A stretch of DNA of 64,000 nucleotides from contig CAZTFB010000002.1 in assembly GCA_964612595.1 (NCBI GenBank), positions 70,663 through 134,662 on the forward strand. The letters run 5' to 3'. Below the pieces are notes generated by a model, which was given only the letters and a program-made list of their open reading frames with translations, had not been told where the DNA came from and made no database searches. Source of the DNA: an uncultured Gammaproteobacteria bacterium. Its GTDB lineage: Bacteria > Patescibacteriota > Microgenomatia > UBA1406 > HO2-37-13b. Position numbers and translations under genes: made by a program. Positions 28,124 to 35,621 of the stretch are shown here, one piece after another (the stretch's first letter is position 1; every line of letters starts with the position of its first letter).

Positions 28124-28507
28124 ATGAGCAGCTCAAAGCCGGTACCGATCTTGGTCTTGCGCCAGGTCAGAATCGTGACCTGGCTGTCCGGAAGTACTGA
28201 GCCCAGGAGGGCTCGGGTCGAAGGCCATGCTGATGAACTTCTCGAGCTCCTGGGGCAATCCAATGATGAGCTCGGGAGCACCTCAGCGCTCGTGGTGCAG
28301 GTGTCGGCACATGTTGTGCGAGTTTTACTGCATGACGGCTCACCAGTTGCCCGGTTCTCGGTCGATACCGAGCAAGCCGGCGCGACAATCGTCTTCGTCG
28401 ACAGCAAGGGATGGCTCCAGAGCCTTCTTGCCATCGGCGCGGAATCGATCAACCCCGAGGACTGGCCAAACAGCTGGGTTCGGACGGCCTTCAAGGCCGA
28501 AGACTGA
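28124..28507 (+). CDS. GC-rich cassette ORF 2, unknown function
   Basis: 127 aa with AAGGAGG 5 nt upstream and strong GC3 bias in this frame. The opposite-strand ORFs look like GC-rich artefacts. No recognisable family. Confidence 0.55.
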   Translation: MSSSKPVPILVLRQVRIVTWLSGSTEPRRARVEGHADELLELLGQSNDELGSTSALVVQVSAHVVRVLLHDGSPVARFSVDTEQAGATIVFVDSKGWLQSLLAIGAESINPEDWPNSWVRTAFKAED

Positions 28508-28525
28508 CGACCTCAAGTCGTCCAT

Positions 28526-28565
28526 GGCCCCGGTCCGCTTCGGCGGATGCGGGGCCTTTCTCATT
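28526..28565 (+). terminator. rho-independent terminator of cassette ORF 2
   Basis: GGCCCCG-G-TCCGC-TTCG-GCGGA-TG-CGGGGCC followed by TTTCTCATT. Confidence 0.75.
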
Positions 28566-28604
28566 CCCCAAAAATTCCTCTTTACCTCCTAAAAACCTGC
28601 TATA

Positions 28605-28943
28605 ATGGATATTCCAATGACACCAAAAGACATAACCCAGGATCAATTCGAGCAAGAAGTCGTTCAACATAAAGGCGTCGTTTTCGTTGACTTCCACGCA
28701 GAATGGTGTGGACCATGCAAAATGACCGAGCCTATTATCGAAGATCTCGCCACAAATTCGAGTTTCAAAGACAAGGTTAAGTTCGTCAAAGTCGATGTTG
28801 ACAAAAACCAAGACCTAGCCGGACAATACAGTGTTTTTTCCATTCCTACGTTCATCACCTTCAAAGATGGCGAACCCGTCAACCAGTTCTCTGGCGCGCG
28901 CGATCGAGGAGGTTTCGAGGCAGAGCTCAATAAATTTGTGTAG
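28605..28943 (+). CDS. trxA: thioredoxin
   Basis: 112 aa with the WCGPC active site. Confidence 0.9.
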   Translation: MDIPMTPKDITQDQFEQEVVQHKGVVFVDFHAEWCGPCKMTEPIIEDLATNSSFKDKVKFVKVDVDKNQDLAGQYSVFSIPTFITFKDGEPVNQFSGARDRGGFEAELNKFV

Positions 28944-28947
28944 TTTC

Positions 28948-29382
28948 TTATCTTGCATCAAACATTCTGACTGCTTTCCCATGCGCAATCTTTAGCTTAA
29001 TATGTGCCTTTCGTAGAATAAATAAACAAAATTCCGCAAGCCAACGCACAGAGGTAGATATAGGATTTTTTAACCCTTGCATCACCTTATCATCACTTAT
29101 CGGCAACTTTACACTGTTATACGTAGTAAATTGAGAATGGCCCGTTGATGCAACCCCTTCTTCTTCTACTTCTTGGGGCACCTCAATCTTTTCAGGTCTA
29201 GGCTCAACATAATGTTTAACTTCCGGCTCAGGCTCATGTTCGGTTACCTCATGAATCTCGATATGATCTTTTGAGACTTCTGGGGGGCGCATGGGTGAGA
29301 TTTTTTCTGGATTCCCATAGCTGATTTGTTGCGCTTGTACGCTTTGAATAAGATCGGAAATATCGGTATAATTTTGGGGCAT
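28948..29382 (-). CDS. hypothetical protein (acidic Pro/Glu-rich centre)
   Basis: 144-aa ORF 18 nt downstream of the 418-aa orphan. No recognisable domain. Confidence 0.35.
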   Translation of the reverse strand: MPQNYTDISDLIQSVQAQQISYGNPEKISPMRPPEVSKDHIEIHEVTEHEPEPEVKHYVEPRPEKIEVPQEVEEEGVASTGHSQFTTYNSVKLPISDDKVMQGLKNPISTSVRWLAEFCLFILRKAHIKLKIAHGKAVRMFDAR

Positions 29383-29399
29383 AAAAAGAGTATAACAAG

Positions 29400-30656
29400 T
29401 TACGCGGCTTTAGCGATAGGCTTCTTACTCCTGTCAATACTCGGCTTCCTTCCCGCGTCATAATCCCGCTGACATAACTCACATATAGCACATGGACCGA
29501 TTTTAACTTTTTTAGCTCCACATCCACCTTTTCCAAACTCGCGGCAATCCTTGTCATCCTCCCATTTTGATGTGTCCCTCCACGCTTCTCTATCAATCGC
29601 CTGTTCCCCAAAAACGCTGTACATTGCAGCCATATGCGGCGACATATCACCAAGCAGGCCGATATACATGTTTGATGACTGAGTATCACATACAAGACTC
29701 CCATAGAAGAGTGGGGCGTCGTGTTGTCCGTAGTATTGCGCAATGTACGAACCTATATCTATGAGATTGCCATCTACTACAGGTGCAGCCATTTTAGTTG
29801 CTGCTTCATCCTGCTCATCTCTTAAAAGCGTAGCCTGTTCAAAGAGATAGTCGCGTGCCTGCTTCGCTGCCCTCGTTATTTCTGCATATCGAAATGGAAC
29901 TTCCTGTTTATCGACAGTGGCTAACTCTGACATTAGTCCAATGAAATGTTGGACATACTGACCAAGGTCTTGGCGCACACGAGCGGCAAATGCTTCTGAG
30001 GCGTCAACCTTATCTTGAGTTAAACCAAGTAGTTCGTATATGCGGCCATGGTCTGCGGAGCCACTGAAAGCCAATGGCCGCACGAGCATTTCTTCTGTAG
30101 TTTCTGGGGCAGATAAGTTACCGCTAAAACCTGCTGATTGTTGCATCTGATCGTACTCTTTTTGAGCTTTTCTAAATCCAACATCGTCGTGTCGATGCAT
30201 GATGTTCGTTTGGATAATACGGAAGCTGCCGTCTATGTTCGGAATCTTGCGGAACGTAAAAGTAAAGCGACGATCACCGTAACCTTCTTTCGACGGAGAA
30301 GAAAGGACTACCATTGAAACATTCTGGTCAAGTAACATTTTATATGCCTCTTGATAACCTATAACTTCATAGTGTTCTCGTGACCAATGTCCGTACTTTT
30401 CAATAGTCCGTTGCCACGATGATTGAAGATCGAGCCCTTGCATAACCCACGCTCCGTCTTGTCGTAGTTCACCCTCTAGCTCACTAAAGGGAACATAGCC
30501 TGCATGTTCATTAAGGAGGCCGATCATCTGTCCATCAAGAAACTGACTGTGGAAAGATTCGGGAAGCTCTCGAAGTCGAGCGACTTCTAAAGGAATGTCG
30601 TAAAGGCGATCCAACGAATGCCCCTCTTGGGGCTGTAATCTTTCAGCTTGTTGCAT
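29400..30656 (-). CDS. orphan protein with C-terminal cysteine cluster (zinc-ribbon-like)
   Basis: 418 aa. The C-terminus CREFGKGGCGAKKVKIGPCAICELC has a CxxxxxxC...CxxC pattern. Composition is Q/E/A/G/R-rich, and hand-counted GC of two 60-nt lines is 48-53%, above the flanks. Confidence 0.5.
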   Translation of the reverse strand: MQQAERLQPQEGHSLDRLYDIPLEVARLRELPESFHSQFLDGQMIGLLNEHAGYVPFSELEGELRQDGAWVMQGLDLQSSWQRTIEKYGHWSREHYEVIGYQEAYKMLLDQNVSMVVLSSPSKEGYGDRRFTFTFRKIPNIDGSFRIIQTNIMHRHDDVGFRKAQKEYDQMQQSAGFSGNLSAPETTEEMLVRPLAFSGSADHGRIYELLGLTQDKVDASEAFAARVRQDLGQYVQHFIGLMSELATVDKQEVPFRYAEITRAAKQARDYLFEQATLLRDEQDEAATKMAAPVVDGNLIDIGSYIAQYYGQHDAPLFYGSLVCDTQSSNMYIGLLGDMSPHMAAMYSVFGEQAIDREAWRDTSKWEDDKDCREFGKGGCGAKKVKIGPCAICELCQRDYDAGRKPSIDRSKKPIAKAA

Positions 30657-30749
30657 ATCCCTGCGCGGGGTAGGATTTGGAAGGTAGTCGGACTATAACC
30701 GTTGCGGCACAGCTCAGGAATTTCACCTGGATTCCCCGTTCCAAAACCG

Positions 30750-31277
30750 TTAAACAAATAATTCTTCGTTTGTATTATGCAGGCGCCCCATGGCGTAGAG
30801 CATATCTGACAAACGATTCAGGTATTGTAGCATACCATCTGCGTTTTCTGCCTCGATCGTCGTACTGTTTTTTAAAAATGTCGTCACTTTTCGCTCTGCG
30901 CGCCGACATACAGCGCGCGCTATATGGCACGCAACGCTCAGCTGCGTGCCCTGGATGAGAATAAACTTTGTACCAGTTGGTTTTCTTGATTCAACATCGT
31001 CAATGTACTTTTCAAGCACATTAATATGTTCCTTTACCGTCGCCATATCAACCGGCGCACCACACAATACGCTCATCATTACATAGAGATCCCGCTGTAT
31101 GAGCGTTATGAGCCCCTCATCACCTTTTGCTTCCGGGTGGCTTACTATCATACCAAGCCACGACGTAAGCTCATCAATATCACCATACGCTTCAATTTGC
31201 GGGTCGTCTTTTGGGAGTCTTTTTCCTCCATAAAGTCCCGTTGTTCCTTTATCGCCACTTTTGGTATAGATTTTCAT
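30750..31277 (-). CDS. ATP:cob(I)alamin adenosyltransferase, PduO type
   Basis: The N-terminus MKIYTKSGDKGTTGLYGG is the hallmark of PduO-type adenosyltransferases. About 175 aa. Confidence 0.85.
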   Translation of the reverse strand: MKIYTKSGDKGTTGLYGGKRLPKDDPQIEAYGDIDELTSWLGMIVSHPEAKGDEGLITLIQRDLYVMMSVLCGAPVDMATVKEHINVLEKYIDDVESRKPTGTKFILIQGTQLSVACHIARAVCRRAERKVTTFLKNSTTIEAENADGMLQYLNRLSDMLYAMGRLHNTNEELFV

Positions 31278-31323
31278 AGACACGACCCGTTTCTAGACCG
31301 CACCCCGATCGCGCCGCGGTCTT
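31276..31323 (-). repeat. 48-nt hairpin element, copy B
   Basis: The reverse complement AAGACCGCGGCGCGATCGGGGTGCGGTCTAGAAACGGGTCGTGTCTAT fills the nrdJ/adenosyltransferase gap and ends in the ATG of the latter. Confidence 0.8.
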
Positions 31324-31329
31324 ATGAGG

Positions 31330-33705
31330 CTAACATGCTGATGCACCACAGCTATAGCATTTTTTACAGCCTTCTTCATATACAAGTGCTGCAACACCAC
31401 ACTCTGTACAAATATCTAACTTTGCCGACATAACTGTTGGCGGTTTTTGTACCGACATATTTTCTAAATCAAGCTTTACGGCGCCATTTCCATTCGCCCC
31501 GTTGAGGTGGCCATTACCGTTCATTAGCTGTGCGGGTTCCTCGGGCTTTTTCTCCACATGACCGAAACCATGTAGGCCATATTTCATCGACAAAACTTTC
31601 GCAACGGCATCAGGTAAGCTTCTTATTTGGTTCTTTCCAAAGCCCCGAATACTTGCTCCGCCAATGTTTAAAAGATCGTCCACAATATGTTGAATCTTCT
31701 CTTGTGGTGTAAGGTACGATGCCATGCGAAGATTCATAGAAATCATTTTTCCAAGACCTTCGGCCATCGCGAACAAATCTGATCCTGCCTTGCCCACGCC
31801 GTTAATAAAGACCTCCAATGGAACTCCCTCGTCGTCCTCGTTAATAGTTATGTAAGCAATTCCCACCGGAGTTTCGATACGGTACGTTGATCCATGGGCA
31901 ACCATTGGGCGTGGAATTATTTTGTGTCTTGGTTGAGCAAGAACTACCTCTTCTTTTTTCACTTTTGGCTCTTCAAGTCGCTCCAAAACGCCTTGGCGTG
32001 AACCGTCGCGCATATAGGTAATACCCTTCAAACCCATGTCGTATGCCATGGTGTAGAGTTGTTTTACATCATCGACAGTATGCGCGTTGGGAGCATTGAC
32101 GGTCTTTGAGATCGATGAATCAATATACTCTTGCGCAACAGCTTGAATACGCACATGATCAACTGGTGTTAGGTCATTCGCTGAAACAAAGTAGTCTGGT
32201 CGATCAGCATCGGGATTCTTTTCTTTCCATTCTTTAAACAATGGGTGATAGACAATATCCTGACCACCTCGCCATGTTTGGCGATATTCAAATTCATACA
32301 CAGGTTCAATACCAGAAGATACATTTGCAAGCACGCTGGTTGTCCCTGTGGGAGCAACGGTGAGAAGCACAGCGTTACGAATGCCGTACTTCGCAATTCC
32401 TTTCTGGATCTCCTCTGGAAGCCTCTGAATATGGAATCCTTTTAGGTATTTTTCTTTATTAAACTTTGGAAACGCGCCTTTTTCTTTTGCGATCTCAACT
32501 GATGCAATATAGGCGTTGTCGCGAAGGACTTGGAACATTTTGTTGACGATTGGTAATGACTCGTCTGAACCATAGCGGACTTTCATTTTAATAAGCGCGT
32601 CGGCTATGCCCATAATGCCAAGACCGGTGCGTCGAATATCTTTTGCAGCTTTCTCGTTTTGATCGAAAAAGTAGAAAGTATCATCAATAACGTTATCGAG
32701 GAAGCGCATAGCTACCCGCACATCTTTACCAAAAGACTCATAGTCAAACTGTTCTTTATGAACATACGCCGCAAGGTTCATGGCTCCTAGATTACAGACT
32801 GCCCAACCACCTAGAGGCTGCTCACCGCATGGATTAGTTGCAAGGAGGCGCTCAAAGTAATAAGTATTGCTTCTCTTATTACTCCTGTCTAGAAAGTGCA
32901 GCCCTGGTTCTGCTGATTGCCAAGCGGCCTTACATATAAGATCCCAGAGGTGCTTGGCTTTTATTGTCTTGAAGACGCGCACCTTTCCCCCCATAGCTTT
33001 CCACTCCTCAATTTCACCATTCCATTTCGCATCATAGCGAGGGTCATCGATATCGGGGAAGACAAGATCCCAATCACCATCTTTTTTTACCGCCTCCATA
33101 AAAGCATCAGATATACACACTGAAAGATTTGCACCATGGATTTTTGTGAGGTCCTGTTTTACCGTTATAAATTCCTCAACATCAGGATGCCAATCCCATA
33201 ACATTAACATTGTGGCACCGCGACGCGAACCTCCCTGTTGTACGACATCGTGCGTCGCGTATGAAAATAATCCTGCCCAGGTTACTGGACCAGAAGAAAA
33301 TCCATTGACTGTTTTTACTCGAGCTCCACGGGGACGGAGAGATGAGAGATTGAGGCCTACGCCGCCCGAGCGAGCTTGGATTTCAACCAGTTGATTAAGA
33401 GATTCTAGTATGCCTTGACGTGAATCTTTAGGTGAGGGAATAACGAAACAATTAAAATAGGTTACTTTGTAATCTGTACCTGCTCCAGATAAGATACGAC
33501 CTCCGGGCACAAATTTGAAATCTTTTAACACCTCATAAAACTTGCTCTCCCACTTTGCTTGCTGAGTCTTTTTTTCCTGCTTTGCAATACCACGAGCTAC
33601 TCGCTTCCACATTTCTTCAGGTGTTTTCTCCATGGGAGCGCCTGCTAAATCTTTAAGTGAATAACGATCTAGAAATACCTTTTGTGAAAGTCCGGTTAGT
33701 TTCAT
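31330..33705 (-). CDS. nrdJ: adenosylcobalamin-dependent ribonucleotide reductase (class II)
   Basis: 791 aa with conserved blocks NPCGEQPL, TVAPTGT, SKTVN. C-terminal CxxC...CxxC tail. Confidence 0.9.
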   Translation of the reverse strand: MKLTGLSQKVFLDRYSLKDLAGAPMEKTPEEMWKRVARGIAKQEKKTQQAKWESKFYEVLKDFKFVPGGRILSGAGTDYKVTYFNCFVIPSPKDSRQGILESLNQLVEIQARSGGVGLNLSSLRPRGARVKTVNGFSSGPVTWAGLFSYATHDVVQQGGSRRGATMLMLWDWHPDVEEFITVKQDLTKIHGANLSVCISDAFMEAVKKDGDWDLVFPDIDDPRYDAKWNGEIEEWKAMGGKVRVFKTIKAKHLWDLICKAAWQSAEPGLHFLDRSNKRSNTYYFERLLATNPCGEQPLGGWAVCNLGAMNLAAYVHKEQFDYESFGKDVRVAMRFLDNVIDDTFYFFDQNEKAAKDIRRTGLGIMGIADALIKMKVRYGSDESLPIVNKMFQVLRDNAYIASVEIAKEKGAFPKFNKEKYLKGFHIQRLPEEIQKGIAKYGIRNAVLLTVAPTGTTSVLANVSSGIEPVYEFEYRQTWRGGQDIVYHPLFKEWKEKNPDADRPDYFVSANDLTPVDHVRIQAVAQEYIDSSISKTVNAPNAHTVDDVKQLYTMAYDMGLKGITYMRDGSRQGVLERLEEPKVKKEEVVLAQPRHKIIPRPMVAHGSTYRIETPVGIAYITINEDDEGVPLEVFINGVGKAGSDLFAMAEGLGKMISMNLRMASYLTPQEKIQHIVDDLLNIGGASIRGFGKNQIRSLPDAVAKVLSMKYGLHGFGHVEKKPEEPAQLMNGNGHLNGANGNGAVKLDLENMSVQKPPTVMSAKLDICTECGVAALVYEEGCKKCYSCGASAC

Positions 33706-33721
33706 GATATTGTATTGGAAC

Positions 33722-34168
33722 TTATAATAACTTTTTTAACTCCTTCTCAAAATCCTCAACGTCGACGAATCTTTTAAAGACTGATGCAAAACGGATGTAG
33801 GCTATTTTATCTAAATTCTTTAGATATTTCGCGACTATTTCCCCAATCTTGTGGCTTTCAATTTCGGTTGTTTCTTCCTGTTTTAAATCCATCTCGACAT
33901 TCTTAACAATCTCCTCTACTTGTTCGAGCGTGATAGTTGTTTTTCCTGTCGATTTTACGATACCATCGCTGAGCTTGTTTCTATCGAACCTCTCTCTTCG
34001 ACCGTCCCTTTTAACTACCATTATGGGGAGCTGTTCCACACGCTCATAGGTTGTAAATCGCTTTAAACACTTCGTACATTCTCTTCTTCTGCGAACGGTC
34101 ATACCGTCGTCGGCTGTGCGCGTCTCTACTACTTCAGTTTGGTCGTTGCTACAAAAAATACAGTGCAT
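33722..34168 (-). CDS. nrdR: transcriptional repressor NrdR
   Basis: MHCIFCSNDQTEVVETR zinc ribbon plus an ATP-cone domain. Directly upstream of nrdJ. Confidence 0.9.
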   Translation of the reverse strand: MHCIFCSNDQTEVVETRTADDGMTVRRRRECTKCLKRFTTYERVEQLPIMVVKRDGRRERFDRNKLSDGIVKSTGKTTITLEQVEEIVKNVEMDLKQEETTEIESHKIGEIVAKYLKNLDKIAYIRFASVFKRFVDVEDFEKELKKLL

Positions 34169-34213
34169 ATATTGTGTTAGTTTCGATTAGACCACACTAC
34201 TAAGAGCGTGTCA

Positions 34214-34229
34214 ACATATCAAAATATGT
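34214..34229. promoter_or_regulatory. candidate NrdR box (16-bp palindrome ACATATCAAAATATGT)
   Basis: Lies 46 nt upstream of the nrdR start. A second, weaker ACAC..GTGT palindrome is at 34194-34211. Confidence 0.4.
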
Positions 34230-34411
34230 GGTTAATATATCACCACTTTTCTCCCGAGCTCGAGCATCGGGAAAGACTTTAGAAAATCGTTACTTCCCAA
34301 AAAAAATTGAACAAATATAGCGTGTCTAGTCTTAAACTGACCCTACATAGAGCTCTTTTTCTATTTGTGATAGTTTTGATGAGATTGACTTTGAGTGCCG
34401 AATAAAAGATA

Positions 34412-35038
34412 ATGAACATGAGTAATAAAAACGCATTACAATTTACAAGATTGACCGTGAGCCCCGAAGAACTACGCACTACCATTGAAGAGCAAAAGTC
34501 ACAAAAGGTGGATCAAACACATCCCCAAGAACTGTATTCATGGGCAGCTCCTATACGCCCATACAAGAAGAAATCTGAGGGTATCTTACGATTTTACCTA
34601 GCAATAGCATTCTTGCTCACGCTTTTAGTGTTTTTCTTTGGCGACCGCATTCTTGTTCTACCTATCTGGTCAACAATTTTCGTCGTATATGTTTTGACCA
34701 TTACGCCGCCTCCTGTAATTACCCATCGCATAACAAAATTTGGTATCGATATAGCAGGAATAACGTATCGCTGGGACAAGCTTTCTCATTTTTACTTTGT
34801 ACGTAGATACGATCACGATGTGCTTTCGATTGTTGGCCATGAACAGACCGATATTTATTTGTATCTCGTCATGCCGGACACAAAGACTAAAGATGCATTA
34901 GCAAATATATTGGGGGAACATCTTATGTTCTTAAAAGAGCCTAAATACAGCATGACTGACAGGATGGCTTTATGGCTTACTTCGCTGATGCCTGGTGAAG
35001 AAGCACCTCGAGCTGATCTTTCAAAAACTGAGGCTTAG
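34412..35038 (+). CDS. membrane protein, unknown function
   Basis: 208 aa with two adjacent TM helices after a polar N-terminus. Overlaps the convergent downstream gene by 62 nt. Confidence 0.4.
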   Translation: MNMSNKNALQFTRLTVSPEELRTTIEEQKSQKVDQTHPQELYSWAAPIRPYKKKSEGILRFYLAIAFLLTLLVFFFGDRILVLPIWSTIFVVYVLTITPPPVITHRITKFGIDIAGITYRWDKLSHFYFVRRYDHDVLSIVGHEQTDIYLYLVMPDTKTKDALANILGEHLMFLKEPKYSMTDRMALWLTSLMPGEEAPRADLSKTEA

Positions 35039-35615
35039 TTTCTTTTACGCCAAAGATGCGTGACCACGCCATAATACCCTCATCTGAACTCACTACGCTT
35101 GCATCGAGCTCCTGTGCAAGCACAATAAGGTCAAGATCAGCGACGCTATCCAGAAATTTTGTACGCGTCGCATTGCGGTACCTTTCGCGAAGTTTGGTAA
35201 TGTGCTTACCAATTTCCTTTTGATGTTCAATGTGGCTAAATGTCTTGCCTTCCATATCTTTTACGGCATTGGCTAGTTCCTCTTCGGCAATGACTAACCC
35301 TCTGTAAGAGCGCTCGCGGATGTCTTTTACCAATGTATAAAATACTTTAGCGGAAAACCTGATATTACTTATCTCTGGGCTCTTAACTTGTACAACAGAA
35401 AGCAGTTTTTTTAGGGATTCATCGGTCTGTGGAAGGAAAGTAAGCACCTCGTCAACTATTGAAGGTGGCATAAAAAATTGCACATGCTCACCACGAAGCT
35501 TTAGGCCATATTCATATATGGTGAGCATAACCTCTTTCGAGTTATTTCCAAGTCCAGCATTTGTCTCCATGTTAAAGAAGAGGTTTGTATCAAGCACAAA
35601 TATAGATGGTTTCAT
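34977..35615 (-). CDS. PIN_5-family protein, HARP-like (homolog of Aquifex protein-only RNase P)
   Basis: Blocks FVLDTNLFFN, FFMPPSIVDE, VKSPE, RGLVIAEEE, ITKLRERYRNATR, LDSVADLDLIVLAQELDASVVSSDEG parallel Aq_880-type HARP (recalled from memory, no search). Confidence 0.65.
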   Translation of the reverse strand: MKPSIFVLDTNLFFNMETNAGLGNNSKEVMLTIYEYGLKLRGEHVQFFMPPSIVDEVLTFLPQTDESLKKLLSVVQVKSPEISNIRFSAKVFYTLVKDIRERSYRGLVIAEEELANAVKDMEGKTFSHIEHQKEIGKHITKLRERYRNATRTKFLDSVADLDLIVLAQELDASVVSSDEGIMAWSRIFGVKETKPQFLKDQLEVLLHQASAK

Positions 35616-35621
35616 AGCGTC

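Noticed and set aside
28105-28564. Multiple long overlapping ORFs on both strands of the 28-kb island (28105-28494 minus, 28167-28388 minus, 28227-28592 plus, 28340-28564 minus, 28411-28605 plus). Similar overlapping ORFs occur at 10349-10756 and 45697-46071.
   Set aside because: High GC removes stop codons in all frames. These translations are low-complexity (S/R/P/A-rich), and the ORFs lack a Shine-Dalgarno site or promoter. Only one frame per island has expression signals and codon periodicity.
28100-28600. The GC-rich islands (also 10330-10760, 45600-46070 and 56690-56860) could be structured ncRNA genes (RNase P RNA, tmRNA, SRP RNA, 6S RNA). Such genes stand out as GC-rich in low-GC genomes.
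   Set aside because: I found none of the conserved motifs on either strand: GGAAAGTCCGGGC or ACAGAACCCGGCTTA of RNase P RNA, the tRNA-like GGTTCGA(A/T)TCC 3' end of tmRNA, or the GGAA-tetraloop AAGCAGC motif of SRP RNA. The three larger islands also show clear third-position GC enrichment in one frame, with a Shine-Dalgarno site and promoter in front. A covariance-model scan (Rfam) should still be run.
28045-28601. The 6-bp direct repeat CCTGCT at both borders of the clpB-trxA cassette (28045-28050 and 28596-28601) as a possible target-site duplication.
   Set aside because: A hexamer recurring within about 550 bp is not unlikely by chance, and the flanking bases do not extend the match convincingly. 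It is kept only as a hint.
31276-31323. The hairpin element between the B12-dependent RNR and the adenosyltransferase as a cobalamin riboswitch.
   Set aside because: At 48 nt it is far too short for a cobalamin riboswitch (about 200 nt) and it has no B12-box. A near-identical copy sits upstream of clpB, which has no link to B12.
34194-34330. CGTGTC-containing strings upstream of nrdR (GAGCGTGTCAAC, AGCGTGTCTAG) as further copies of the intergenic box family.
   Set aside because: Only the 6-nt core matches and the flanks do not align with either subfamily. One of them is better explained as half of an NrdR-box-like palindrome.
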